Source of the DNA: Anaerolineae bacterium
GTDB taxonomy: Bacteria > Chloroflexota > Anaerolineae > Aggregatilineales > Phototrophicaceae
Assembly (NCBI GenBank): GCA_022822305.1
Contig: JAJEBY010000013.1
Location: 131,617 to 195,616 of the forward strand
Length of the DNA stretch: 64,000 bases
Direction: 5' to 3'
The notes under the pieces are model-generated. The model worked only from the letters and a program-made list of their open reading frames with translations. It was not told the DNA's origin and did no database searches. Made by a program: the position numbers and the translations under genes. Every line of letters begins with the position of its first letter. Position 1 is the stretch's first letter. Positions 27,688-38,009 of the stretch are shown piece after piece.

Positions 27688-28650
27688 GTGACAATGAACG
27701 GAGCAAGCGGCATGATGACGATGAGCTGCGCGGAAGAATCGCGGACGTCCGGCGAAAACCTGGCCGGCACCTTCAAACCGGCTGATACGTTTTTCCTGCT
27801 CGAAAGCCGCTTGACAGCATACGGCGGTTGGGGAGGCGCGATCGTCAAGACGGCTGAGTCGTCGGGTGAATTGGCGCCGATCCTGCGCCACCTCAAACAG
27901 GCGCCGCGCTCCAAGACACTCTTCATCCGCCGTCCAGGTAGTGCTGGCAACAACTTTTTCGTCGCCCTGACCAATCAGGCGCGTCCGAAACTCTATCACG
28001 CGATGCTATCCGGCTTTGACGAATTGCTGACGCTGGATATCGATGCGAAAGCCGACGGGCGAGCGCCGACAATCGCCGGTCGCGAATTGGACGAAATCGA
28101 CGAGCTCTACGCCATCTGCACCAACGGACGACACGATCCCTGCTGCGCGGCGCATGGCGTGCCGGTATATCAAGCTCTGGTCGAGTGCGCCGGCGCGGAC
28201 GCGGTCTGGCAGACATCTCATATCGGGGGGCACCGCCTGGCCGCGACTATGATCGCTTTTCCTCAGGGCATCGCCTACGGGCATCTTGACCCGTTTGATG
28301 CCGAGGCCATTGTGACCAATCATCGCGCCGGGCATTTGCTCGCGCACAAGTTTCGCGGACGCGGCGCCTTCGCCGGTCACGCGCTGGATACGGATGCGCA
28401 CCTGGCCGCCTGTGCCGCCGAGGCCGATCTGCGCGAGACGGAACGGCTCTACGCCTATGACGATCTGCATTTGCGCGCTGTCGTCCCGCATAATCAGGAT
28501 CGATATCTTGTCCGCTTCGAGACGTCCAGCGGTCAACAGTATGAACGTCAAGTGAGGACGGGGATGTCGGCGCCGCGTCAGGCCTCCTGCGGCGACGCGC
28601 CCAAACCGATGCCGCAGCACCAAGTCCTGGCGCCTTCTGCGCCTGTCTAG
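27688..28650 (+). CDS. Sucrase/ferredoxin-like (thioredoxin-like [2Fe-2S]) family protein
   Basis: CTNGRHDPCCAAHG...WQTSHIGGHRLAATMIAFPQGIAYGHL matches the Suc_Fer-like pattern. Start is uncertain. Confidence 0.6.
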   Translation: MTMNGASGMMTMSCAEESRTSGENLAGTFKPADTFFLLESRLTAYGGWGGAIVKTAESSGELAPILRHLKQAPRSKTLFIRRPGSAGNNFFVALTNQARPKLYHAMLSGFDELLTLDIDAKADGRAPTIAGRELDEIDELYAICTNGRHDPCCAAHGVPVYQALVECAGADAVWQTSHIGGHRLAATMIAFPQGIAYGHLDPFDAEAIVTNHRAGHLLAHKFRGRGAFAGHALDTDAHLAACAAEADLRETERLYAYDDLHLRAVVPHNQDRYLVRFETSSGQQYERQVRTGMSAPRQASCGDAPKPMPQHQVLAPSAPV

Positions 28651-28681
28651 AGTTTCGCGGCAGATTTCACCGGAGACGCCG

Positions 28682-30556
28682 ATGTCTGCTTCGTCCGGCA
28701 GCTGGGATATCGCACCGCCGAAAACGCCGGCGCTGGTCTGGTTGCTGCGGCTGCTGATTTTGACCGGCATTGGCGCGGCACTGCTGGCGCTGTTATTGGC
28801 GTTGATGCTGTTGGCGCTGCAACTGGCGTTGAGCGACCGCATCGTGCCCGGCGTCCGGGTCGGTGATCTCGAGCTGGGCGGCAGGACCGAAACGGAGGCG
28901 CTGGCCGCGATCGCGGAGCGATTTGCGCCGCTGACCGGCGCCACTATCACATTGCGCTATGGCGAGCACATTTGGCAAGCGCGGGCCGCTGATCTTGGCT
29001 TGCGCGCGGCCACGAACGACATGCTCGCGGATGCCCTCAGTATCGGTCATGGGCATGACGAAATCGAGGGTCTGAGGGGTCAAGCCGAGGCTTGGTTCAA
29101 CGGCCAAAATATAGCGCCGCAACTAACCCTGGACGAGAATGTGGCGCGCAAATACCTGAGTACCGTTGCGGAGCAAATCAACCGCGGTCGGCGCGACGCC
29201 GGACTCAGCATCGTCGGGACCGCAGTGACGATCGATTCCGGGCAAACTGGACGCGCGCTCGATATCCCGGCCAGTCTTGATCGGTTGACCGCGAGCCTGC
29301 TGAGGGGCGAAGATGCCGAAGTAGAGCTGGTTGTGCGCGAAAGCCCGGCGCGATTGTGGAACGTGGCGGAAGCGGCGCTGCATGTGGACGCGGCTTTATC
29401 GGGCCCAGTCCAGTTGGTCGCTATCGATCCGGGCGGTGAGCCCTTGCAGCCCTGGACCATCACGCCGGCGCAAATCCGCGCCTTGCTGAGCGTTACCTTG
29501 ACTGATCTCGGCGACGACAAGCGCTATGATGTGTCGATCAACATGGAGGCGTTTGCGGACTTCCTGCATTCGCTGGCGTCCAGCTTGATGATCGTGCCCG
29601 CCGAAGGCCGCTTCGATTTTGATCCGATCAGCCAGCAGCTGACCGCGATAACGCCGTCGAGCGGCGGACGCGAGTTGAACGTGCCGGAAACCATCGCCGA
29701 CCTTGAAGACGCCGTCTTTAGCCGCGACGCGCGCGTTGTGCCCATGGTCTTCGATTATCGCCCGCCACGCTACCATTCCGGCGTCACGGCTGCGGAGTTG
29801 GGCATCACTGAGTTGGTGGCGCAGGCGACGACCTATTATTGGGGGTCCTGGCAGAACCGCCGCGATAATATCGAGCTAGGCGCTGGCAAGCTGCACGGCA
29901 TCATCATCGCGCCCGGCGAAGAATTCTCTTTCAATCGCCACCTCGGCCCAATCACTTCCGCAGCGGGCTATCAAGACAGCGCCGTCATCGTCGGCGGCCG
30001 CACGGTCAATGGCATCGGCGGCGGCATCTGCCAGGTCAGCACGACCATGTTTCGGCTGGCCTTCAGCGGTGGTTACGCCATCACCGAGCGCAATAGCCAC
30101 GGCTACCGCGTCGGGTATTATGAATACGCCGGGGCCGGACCGGGCCTGGACGCGGCTATCTGGCAGCCGACCAGCGATTTTCGCTTTCTCAACAATACGC
30201 CGCATCATCTCTTGATCGAAAGCGAATTCATGTCGGCCAAAGACGCCCTGCAGTTTCGCATCTATAGCACGCCGCATTGGCGGACGGTGATCGAAACACC
30301 GATCATCCGCGACGTTGTGGAAGCGCCGCCGCCGCATTTTGAAGAAAATCCCAACTTGCTGCGCGGGCAAATCCAGCAGGTGGATTACGCGGCCGCTGGC
30401 GCTGATGTCTGGGTCTATCGCAATATCTACGACACGGCAGGCAACTTGATCAAGCGCGATCAAGCCTACACGCATTATCAACCCTGGCAGGCGGTATTCG
30501 AGGTGGCGCCCGGCGACCCGCGCCTGGAAGTTGAGGAAGAGGACGAATCCGAGTAG
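28682..30556 (+). CDS. VanW-family protein with N-terminal TM anchor and peptidoglycan-binding-like repeats
   Basis: VanW core GEEFSFNRHLGPITSAAGYQDSAVIVGGRTVNGIGGGICQVSTTMFRLAF...RNSHGYRVGYYE. Confidence 0.85.
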   Translation: MSASSGSWDIAPPKTPALVWLLRLLILTGIGAALLALLLALMLLALQLALSDRIVPGVRVGDLELGGRTETEALAAIAERFAPLTGATITLRYGEHIWQARAADLGLRAATNDMLADALSIGHGHDEIEGLRGQAEAWFNGQNIAPQLTLDENVARKYLSTVAEQINRGRRDAGLSIVGTAVTIDSGQTGRALDIPASLDRLTASLLRGEDAEVELVVRESPARLWNVAEAALHVDAALSGPVQLVAIDPGGEPLQPWTITPAQIRALLSVTLTDLGDDKRYDVSINMEAFADFLHSLASSLMIVPAEGRFDFDPISQQLTAITPSSGGRELNVPETIADLEDAVFSRDARVVPMVFDYRPPRYHSGVTAAELGITELVAQATTYYWGSWQNRRDNIELGAGKLHGIIIAPGEEFSFNRHLGPITSAAGYQDSAVIVGGRTVNGIGGGICQVSTTMFRLAFSGGYAITERNSHGYRVGYYEYAGAGPGLDAAIWQPTSDFRFLNNTPHHLLIESEFMSAKDALQFRIYSTPHWRTVIETPIIRDVVEAPPPHFEENPNLLRGQIQQVDYAAAGADVWVYRNIYDTAGNLIKRDQAYTHYQPWQAVFEVAPGDPRLEVEEEDESE

Positions 30557-30652
30557 GGCTAGATGGCGCTCTCGGTCACTTGTAGCGCACTCAATTATTG
30601 ATTGGCAATGTGACTGGTATGAGGCGTGGCCTCGCGACCCAGCCGGATGACT

Positions 30653-31150
30653 TTATATGACGGGTTGCACGCGGACCGGATCCACGAACCCCTTCAGTAT
30701 CTTCTCCAAGGCCATGGTATGGCTGCAGACGCCGCGCTGAGCGAAGAAGGAAGCCGTGCTGTTCCAGCGCCCTTCATCGTAGGACACGTGGTGCGTCTTG
30801 TTATAACCGTCAAAGCTGCAGTCAAAATGGGCGATGCGAATACGGTCCCGTTCCTGCGAATAACGCTTGGCTTTCTTCACATCGCTGACGATGTTTTGAC
30901 CCGGCGAATAGGGGACGGGCCGACGTTTCAGCATCGGCTTAAGCAGCGATTCCAACGCCATGACATGCGGGCAAATGGCGTATGTGTTGAATCCCGCGCA
31001 TGTGCATGACCAGCCGTCAACGCCCAGCTGCACGGTGTAATGGCCGTTGGCGCCGTCAAATTCCACCGTCAGGTTATTGAACGTAGCGCGCTCCGGCTGG
31101 CTGGCGTATTCGCTGGCCTTCTGTATCTTGTTGATCATGCTTGCGTCCAT
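30653..31150 (-). CDS. SWIM zinc-finger protein with an internally duplicated, degenerate second SWIM unit
   Basis: WSCTCAGFNTYAICPHVMAL (CxC...CxH). The second half, ...NSTASFFAQRGVCSHTMAL, lacks the CxC. Confidence 0.6.
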   Translation of the reverse strand: MDASMINKIQKASEYASQPERATFNNLTVEFDGANGHYTVQLGVDGWSCTCAGFNTYAICPHVMALESLLKPMLKRRPVPYSPGQNIVSDVKKAKRYSQERDRIRIAHFDCSFDGYNKTHHVSYDEGRWNSTASFFAQRGVCSHTMALEKILKGFVDPVRVQPVI

Positions 31151-31729
31151 GGCTTTCCCTTCTACACTCGTGCTCCCTTGCTTTGAATTGAATTAGAACG
31201 CGGCATCCGTTGCGAAAAGATGACGAATGCCCAGAATAAAATAAACGCGCGGTCGCCAATCTCGCCTGACGCCGCGCACCGTTTCGAAGTTCTTTTGTGT
31301 TTCAGCAACGTGCTTTGGATGTAGCGGTTTTATCCTGTTCAAGCGCTTGAATTGTCCCCACTTTCGAGCGCTCAATTTCGTGGCAGACGGCTCGGGTAAA
31401 TTGGTCCCGTATGCCGCTTGTGATTATGCTAACAAGTCTAAGACAGTGTTAAATGAATGTCAAATGAGGAATGGTTAATTTAAGGGTAAATTGTGCAGAT
31501 TTTACAGTAGTGAACTGAATATTGTGCAACATTTGAAAGCGGCGCGAGCGCAGCTGATTTGGCTCGCGCGTCTTGCTTGCGCCGTCCGGCCGCGGCCCTC
31601 GCGCCGGCGTTAGATCTCGGATGCAGTGCGGCCACCGGAAAGCCTCATTTTTGGGCGGACCGGAGGCGTCATCAAACGTGTTGCTGGTCGACGGCGAAAA
31701 TGGGATGATAGATAACGAATTCTGACGGG

Positions 31730-31777
31730 ATCACGGCGCAGGCGACACGGTCTTGATCCGCCCGCCTGCGCCGTGAT
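31730..31777 (-). terminator. Stem-loop with a 15-bp perfect stem, 15 nt downstream of the SBP gene stop
   Basis: atcacggcgcaggcg (31730-31744) pairs with cgcctgcgccgtgat (31763-31777), with an 18-nt loop. No clear U-tract on the minus strand. Confidence 0.35.
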
Positions 31778-31792
31778 ATTGAGATGGTTTTT

Positions 31793-32983
31793 CTATTCGT
31801 CGGCCATTTGATTGCGCTGCTCTTCAATCATCTCATCCGTGCAATGCAGCGTATCCAGGAAGGCGGCGCGATTGGCGCGGCGCTCATCCATGTCGATGTC
31901 CGGATAGTCGGGTTTGACGAAGACTTCGCTGCTTTCACCATTTTCGATGACGAAATCCGCTCTTGCCATCAACTCGTCGGAGATTTCAATGCCCGAATCG
32001 GCGATAGTATCCAGATTCAAGCCCACGGTTACCTTGGGCGCGGCATGGATCCCGATGCGCGCGGCATCCAGATCGCCATCCAGGGCTGCGGTCAACATTT
32101 GTCCAACTACCGCGCCTTCCGAATAGTACGAGTAGAAGCCAGCTGCGATGTGGACGCCGCGCCGCAGGTAAGACATGGCGGTAGCGACGATCGGAACGCT
32201 GGCCGCGTTGGCCGCTTCAATAATGGCGGGCAAGGAACTGGGGTAGCCGAGAGACACGAACATATCGACGCCATCATCAATGAGCGTATCGGCATTGACG
32301 ATGCCGTCGCCGGCGTTCACCCAAGGGGCGGCCTCAACGGTAATGCCCATTGGTTCGGCGTGAAGTTTTATCTGCTCGTAAGCATTTACGTGGCCACCGT
32401 TCCCCGGGTTGAGAAAGCTGCCGATGTAGTCTACGTCAGGATCTTGCATGGGCAGCAGAGCGAGCACTTCCTCGTAGTTGCTAAGCGCGTGACTGCCAAC
32501 AACATTCGGCGGTTTGACGCAGGGCGCGTCTGCGACGCCGGAGTTATAAGGCGCGCCGACCAGGGAAAAGATGACCAGGGGAGTCGGCTCTATGCCGCTG
32601 TCGATGGCTGCCTGGATGGCGTTGAGGGTCACGACAGTAGTTGTGGGAACAAGAATCGTGGCGCCTCGATCGAGCGCGTACTCGGTCATGATGTTCACGT
32701 TCGACACGTCAAGACCCGCATCGCGCCAAATGATATTGAGGTTCTCGCCGTGAAAGTCCTCGTTGGGAAGGATTGAGGCGACTTCATCGTTGCTGAGGTA
32801 TCCATGGTAGTTGAGCACGTCGAAAATGGCTTGCACCAGACGGCCACTTACGGCCCCAGTATTGCCGTAGCTGAGGATGGCCACGGTCGGCGTTTCATCC
32901 TCGGCCATACTGGCCGCCGGGCTGAATATGCCCATGACTAGGCTCAGCGTGAAAAAGAGCGATATGGTTGCCTTGATCTTCAT
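31793..32983 (-). CDS. ABC-transporter substrate-binding protein (ABC_sub_bind/BMP-like), signal peptide, no adjacent permease
   Basis: MKIKATISLFFTLSLVMGIFSPAASMA signal; periplasmic-binding-fold pattern VAILSYGN...VPIVATA. ATG 32983 is preceded by AGGAGG. Confidence 0.65.
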   Translation of the reverse strand: MKIKATISLFFTLSLVMGIFSPAASMAEDETPTVAILSYGNTGAVSGRLVQAIFDVLNYHGYLSNDEVASILPNEDFHGENLNIIWRDAGLDVSNVNIMTEYALDRGATILVPTTTVVTLNAIQAAIDSGIEPTPLVIFSLVGAPYNSGVADAPCVKPPNVVGSHALSNYEEVLALLPMQDPDVDYIGSFLNPGNGGHVNAYEQIKLHAEPMGITVEAAPWVNAGDGIVNADTLIDDGVDMFVSLGYPSSLPAIIEAANAASVPIVATAMSYLRRGVHIAAGFYSYYSEGAVVGQMLTAALDGDLDAARIGIHAAPKVTVGLNLDTIADSGIEISDELMARADFVIENGESSEVFVKPDYPDIDMDERRANRAAFLDTLHCTDEMIEEQRNQMADE

Positions 32984-33260
32984 TGTGACCTCCTGTTGTG
33001 AGTACGTTAGGTACAATGCATCAAAACCGGTTACTTACTTAATCATAGAGTAATGTGAAATATCAGACAATAGTATGACGTCTTGTTGGCATTGCTTTCG
33101 ATTGACCCAAGACGAAGTTCTCGGGCATCCACACCGCTGGACGCGCAATAGCAACCACACTGAAATCAATGTAAAAGTTTCATCAGGCGGCGTTCTGAAT
33201 TGTGCAACTGGCCACAGCGTTGCTGTAGCGAAGGGAGTTGCGAGGCGTTCCGGGTTGCAG

Positions 33261-34106
33261 CTATTGAGATTCCGGAAAATTGCGCCGCGCGCGCGTTTGC
33301 AGCGGTTCAGCAGCGCCGTCCGGCAGCAAGCCGCGCGTCAGCGATTCAACATAGATGCAGTCGCGCCAAGGGATTGCTACCTCGGCTGGAGAACTTGGCT
33401 GGTCGCTTAAACTGATCTCCGCGCCACGCACCAAGGCGAATGGTGTGCCTTCGTCGCGCTCGCCCATGACCACTTGCGCCGCGACCGCCAGGGAATCGGC
33501 CACGCCCACTTGCGTGACCGCCATGGGATTGCCAAAGAGATCCATTTTGCCGCGCTCGTCTCTTATGGGCTTGAATCCCGCTGACGCCAGCGCGATGCCG
33601 GTGGCGCCATAGCGGCCAGGGACGAGCCAGCTGTCGGTCAAAATCACGCCGAAGTGGCAATCCAGCCGTTTGCGCAATTCATCAAAGATGGCGAAGGCGG
33701 TCTTGTAAGGATGCTCCGGCAACAGGACGACCTTGCCGCTGGGAATATTTGAGCGATCCAAGCCGGCATTGGGCGAAATGATGCCGGCGTTGGCGGTGAG
33801 CAAGAACCCCAATTCGATTCCGCCGAAAACGTGTTCCGCTTCTTGCAGCACCAATTGCGCGACCGCGGCCGACATTCGATATCTTTCCGCCAAGGCATAG
33901 GCGCGGACGCTAGGTCGGATGTCGGCCAGGTCAAACATGCGACCTTCAGCGATGGCGGCATACTTGCTCGATATCGCCAGCACATCGCCCTCCTGCACGG
34001 TCAAGTCGGCGCGAGCAAGACTCTGGACCGCCGTATCAGCCAGGTCAAATCTGGCATCGCGGATCGGCGCTCTTACGGGGAAAACGGTGAGTGGACTTGG
34101 CATCAT
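33261..34106 (-). CDS. Coenzyme F420-0:L-glutamate ligase-like (CofE/FbiB N-domain family)
   Basis: GDVLAISSKYAAIAEGR...NAGLDRSNIP...VILTDSWLVPGRYGATGIALASAGF... resembles CofE. Confidence 0.65.
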   Translation of the reverse strand: MMPSPLTVFPVRAPIRDARFDLADTAVQSLARADLTVQEGDVLAISSKYAAIAEGRMFDLADIRPSVRAYALAERYRMSAAVAQLVLQEAEHVFGGIELGFLLTANAGIISPNAGLDRSNIPSGKVVLLPEHPYKTAFAIFDELRKRLDCHFGVILTDSWLVPGRYGATGIALASAGFKPIRDERGKMDLFGNPMAVTQVGVADSLAVAAQVVMGERDEGTPFALVRGAEISLSDQPSSPAEVAIPWRDCIYVESLTRGLLPDGAAEPLQTRARRNFPESQ

Positions 34107-34178
34107 CAGGGCTCGTCGCGCATCTGTGTCTGCGACCGTTATATTATCATAGCTATAAGGGTCTGTCGTCCAGCGCGG

Positions 34179-36728
34179 CTAGGGATCGGCCACACCCAGC
34201 AGCAAGACGCGGTCATTCGCGGGTTGGGCAACGGCCAGCAGTCGGCCATCGGGACTGAAGGCGATAGCGCTGGCAGCCAGCGTCCAGCTGAGTTCCGGCG
34301 ATTCATCGTTCAGCGCATTAAACAGTTGCAGCCGGCCTCGGCCATCGATCGGCGAGCTGGATAGCGCGACCAGGACTTCGGCGCCGGGCAGGATCTGCTC
34401 ACGCACGGCGATTGCCGGCATGATCGCGCCCGCCCAATGAAAGAAGCGGCGGTCGTTCGCAGTCTCGACCTCGATATGATACAAGCTGTCGCCATGGCTG
34501 TAGACAAAATCGCCCATTGAACGGCGCGGTGGCGCGGTCACAAATCCTTGCCCGCCCATATACACCAGCGATTTCGACCAGGCCAGTTCATAGTCGCCGG
34601 CATCGTAGATCCAGAGCGCTGCGCGATGCTTGCTTCCGCTTTCTCCGCTCACTGCCAGCCAGCGGTCGTCAGCGCTGAATGCGAGGCCGGTGAGAGGGTA
34701 GGGGAAGGCGTACCGCAAGATCGGCCGGGCCTGTGCAAAGTCGTCCACAGGGTCGTAATTCCAGATGGCGAGTATGTTCTCCACGCCGGCGACTTGATCC
34801 GTCAATGCGCCGCTCGCCGCCGCCAGTTGCGCGCCGTCATTCGACCAAGCCAAAGCGCTGACGGGGCTCTTGTGCCGCCCGTTAAGGAAGATACCTTCAG
34901 ATTCACCGTAGCTCGAAAGACCACGCAGGTAAACGCGACCATCGTCCGTCCCCAGCGCCAGATAGCGCTCATCGGGACTGAATGCGAGGGCGGTCGCGCG
35001 CAGCTCAGCGGGGATGACTTCACCGTTCAAGACAGGTTCGAAAGCGAGATAATCGTACAGCCCAACTTGTCCGTCCGCGCTGACCACTGCAAGAATCGAA
35101 CTCCGCTCCGACCAAGCCAGCAGCTGCGGGCGCGCCACGGAAAGTACGGCGATAGTATCCAGCTGATTGAGATTGGCGCTGCTGATTTGGCGGAAACCCG
35201 GGGTCTGCGGGTTATCCGCCGGCGCTTGCTGATCGGGTGAGTCAGTTATCTGCGCTGTCGCGGACGCGGCCACCGGCTCCAGATAATAATAATTGGCGTT
35301 AAGATCGCTCTCAACCGTCCAGCCAACCTGGCCGTTGACGCTGACCTGCCACCAGACAAAGCTGCCGTCGCAGGCCGGTCCATCGAGAATGGCGTCCAGT
35401 GTGCTGCGCGGATGAATCTCGCCGATCAACTCGGCTGTGATTTGGGGCTCGGCGCGCAATCGATTGGCAAATGTATGGGAGGCCACGCGCGCGTTCAATT
35501 CGCCCACCTTGATGCGCGGCCGCAGGAATCCGGCATAGGCCGGTGGACAGAAATGGATGACGCCGCTGGCCACGCGCGCCGGATCGAGCAGGGGCAAATG
35601 GTCGCAGGTTCCCGCGAGCGCCAGCGCGGACCGGCTCACCCATCCCAGTCGAAAGAAGAGCCAATCGCCGGCGAAATTGCGGCCCAGCGCCGAGAAACTG
35701 CTCCCGGACGAAATCTGCGCCACCTGTTTGCCTCGTGGCGCTTCCCGCACGTTGACCAATTCGGAATTTGGGCGCAGGAAGCAGCCCGTTCCCGTGCTCA
35801 GCGCAGCATGGGCCAGGGGAATGTTGTAACAGGCGCCGTGCAGCAGCAGTCCTCGGCTGGTCACCCAGCCGCGCTCAAGTTGATACCAATCGCCTGCGGC
35901 CGCGCGCCCGATGACAATATCGCTGCCGCTCTCGTCGACGACGCCGATGATATATGAGGACTCGCTCTTGTTTTCGTGAATCGCTTTGTGAGCGCCGGTG
36001 ACATGGCAGGTCTCGTGATCGCCGCGCCGTCGCGTTGAGCTGCCGCTGCCATCGCCCGGGCAGCCCAGGGCGAAATCGGCGCGGATGACGCCCTGTTCAT
36101 GCGCGCAGACATCATCGTCGTCGGGAACGCCGTCGCCATCGCCATCGCGCAGCAGACCACAGCCATCGGTCGCGCTCGCGCCGGCTTGACGCGGGCAATA
36201 GTCGATGCTGTCGAGCATGCCGTCGCCGTCGCGATCGCCGTCAACGGGCGAAGGACAACCCATGCGCTCGCCGTCCGGCACGCCAGCGATGCGGTGGCAT
36301 TCATCCGCGCTGTTGATGATGGTATCGCCATCGTCATCGCCGGCCGGATCGTAGGCGCGCGGAAGGGAGCCCATACCCAAATCGGTCAATTTCTCGTCGC
36401 AGAGCTGCGTCATCGTTCCGTCGGCGGAGACATGCACCGGGACAATCGCTTCGTTGATGACCGCTTCCAGGCGATGCGCCTCGATGACGGTGGGCAGCGG
36501 CAGTCCCGGAATTAACCGGCAGCCCAGCGCGGTAGTCTTGATGTTGGACAGGGAGGAATGCGACCAGGCGCTGACTTCGCCGCGATGCGAGAGCGCGCCG
36601 TCGGCGGCAGCGAGAATATGAGCCGGAATCTCGAGATTTCCCTGCGCTGCGACGCTGGCGCCGATGAGCGCAAACATCAACGGAAGTATCAATAAACGAG
36701 GCACGCGAACTCCGGCAATACTGGGCAA
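34179..36728 (-). CDS. Large secreted protein: thrombospondin-type-3-like Ca-binding repeats, SH3b-like segments and a C-terminal WD40/beta-propeller region
   Basis: Signal peptide LLILPLMFALIGASVAAQG; Asp-rich repeats DDDGDTIINSADEC, DGDRDGDGMLDSIDYC, DGDGDGVPDDDDVC; repeated LAFSPDxRxLA / LAWSNDGAQLA blades. Confidence 0.8.
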   Translation of the reverse strand: MPSIAGVRVPRLLILPLMFALIGASVAAQGNLEIPAHILAAADGALSHRGEVSAWSHSSLSNIKTTALGCRLIPGLPLPTVIEAHRLEAVINEAIVPVHVSADGTMTQLCDEKLTDLGMGSLPRAYDPAGDDDGDTIINSADECHRIAGVPDGERMGCPSPVDGDRDGDGMLDSIDYCPRQAGASATDGCGLLRDGDGDGVPDDDDVCAHEQGVIRADFALGCPGDGSGSSTRRRGDHETCHVTGAHKAIHENKSESSYIIGVVDESGSDIVIGRAAAGDWYQLERGWVTSRGLLLHGACYNIPLAHAALSTGTGCFLRPNSELVNVREAPRGKQVAQISSGSSFSALGRNFAGDWLFFRLGWVSRSALALAGTCDHLPLLDPARVASGVIHFCPPAYAGFLRPRIKVGELNARVASHTFANRLRAEPQITAELIGEIHPRSTLDAILDGPACDGSFVWWQVSVNGQVGWTVESDLNANYYYLEPVAASATAQITDSPDQQAPADNPQTPGFRQISSANLNQLDTIAVLSVARPQLLAWSERSSILAVVSADGQVGLYDYLAFEPVLNGEVIPAELRATALAFSPDERYLALGTDDGRVYLRGLSSYGESEGIFLNGRHKSPVSALAWSNDGAQLAAASGALTDQVAGVENILAIWNYDPVDDFAQARPILRYAFPYPLTGLAFSADDRWLAVSGESGSKHRAALWIYDAGDYELAWSKSLVYMGGQGFVTAPPRRSMGDFVYSHGDSLYHIEVETANDRRFFHWAGAIMPAIAVREQILPGAEVLVALSSSPIDGRGRLQLFNALNDESPELSWTLAASAIAFSPDGRLLAVAQPANDRVLLLGVADP

Positions 36729-36884
36729 CGCGCGCCATTGTAACAGCCGCTCCGCGCCAACACAGGGGTCGGCTGCGCAGCCTTACCGTCGGGAAACCAC
36801 CCTGTGAGAATCCTGGAACAACTGGTAAATTCAAGCGTTATGCTGTCTCCGCGCGGAGGCTAGCTGGTTGCTTTGGAATCCAAG

Positions 36885-38009
36885 ATGACGCAGCTCCCGG
36901 ACTTATATCGCATCGACAATTTCATCGATACCTTCGCTCTCGGCCACTACGCGCGGGTTCTGGACGCCATGGATCGGCGCACGGGTCAATCGATCGCTTT
37001 TAAGGTTATGCGCCCGGAGCACATTGACGCCGACGGCGATATGCGCTGGGAATACCGCGCCTTCGGCAACGAGGCGCAGATTCTGACCCGACTCTGGCAC
37101 AGCCCCAACGTGGTCAAACTGTATGACTGCGGTTATATCTCCGATCTGGCGGAAGCGCCGCGCAAGGGAGAGATCGTCTCCTTCCAGAACAATATTCGCG
37201 GCTTCGTCGAAACGATGGCGCAGTATGCCGAAGTCGGCTGGCGGCCCTATCTGGCGCTGGAAAACCTGCCCCGGCACAACAGCCTCTTTTATCTGATGAA
37301 ACCGAATCGCCCCAATCAGCGTTGGCGACTGCCCAGCGAAGAAGGCTTGTCGCTGGCAGTGCAATTCAGCGACCTGCTCTCGCTCGCGCATTCTTATCGC
37401 ATCGTCTACCTCGATCACAAGCTGGAGCATGTGTATTGGGACGGCATCAATCTAAAGGTCATCGATTTCAACAGCTCGCGCCAGCTCAACGACGATCGGG
37501 GTGAAGTGCCCGGGCAATACAGCAAAGATGTGCATAACCTGTGCGTGGGTGTGCTCTATACTATCTTCACCGGCATGTCGCCCCAGCAGACGTCCCTGCG
37601 TCCCCAGCCCAGCAGCCGCGACGCCGTCGAGGCGCGTTACACCGATATCGAGCATCTCGACTTCAGCGAGGAAGGCAGCCTGAGCGACGGCATCTGTGAT
37701 CTCTTGCAGCACGGGGCGGCGCAGCAGATCGAGACCATTCAAGAGTTCATCAACGGCTTGCAGCGGGTCGCCGCCCAGCACGGCTGGGATTTCCCCAACT
37801 ATTACACGACCGATGCCAGTCGTCAGGCGCGCGAACAAACGCGGTCCGGATTACAGCGGCTGCGGCTGGGCCACGAGAACCTGCGCGAGGCGCGCGATCT
37901 CTTTCGCGAGGCGCTGATCCAGGATGGCATCACGCCCGACCTGGAAGACGAACTGCGGCGGCTGGTGCTGGTCATCAACGAGATGCTCAATCAGCGCGCC
38001 CTGCCGTAG
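36885..38009 (+). CDS. Divergent protein-kinase-like protein (possible pseudokinase)
   Basis: VAIK-like IAFKVM, helix-C Glu in NEAQILTRL, catalytic-loop-like VYLDHKLEHVYW, DFN instead of DFG (VIDFNSS). No Gly-rich loop. Confidence 0.6.
   Translation: MTQLPDLYRIDNFIDTFALGHYARVLDAMDRRTGQSIAFKVMRPEHIDADGDMRWEYRAFGNEAQILTRLWHSPNVVKLYDCGYISDLAEAPRKGEIVSFQNNIRGFVETMAQYAEVGWRPYLALENLPRHNSLFYLMKPNRPNQRWRLPSEEGLSLAVQFSDLLSLAHSYRIVYLDHKLEHVYWDGINLKVIDFNSSRQLNDDRGEVPGQYSKDVHNLCVGVLYTIFTGMSPQQTSLRPQPSSRDAVEARYTDIEHLDFSEEGSLSDGICDLLQHGAAQQIETIQEFINGLQRVAAQHGWDFPNYYTTDASRQAREQTRSGLQRLRLGHENLREARDLFREALIQDGITPDLEDELRRLVLVINEMLNQRALP

Noticed and set aside
28006-28950. 314-aa minus-strand ORF across the Suc_Fer-like/VanW junction
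   Set aside because: Shadow ORF spanning two well-supported plus-strand genes.
31784-32776. 330-aa plus-strand ORF antisense to the substrate-binding protein gene
   Set aside because: No motif. The minus frame has a signal peptide, a perfect AGGAGG Shine-Dalgarno and a binding-protein pattern.
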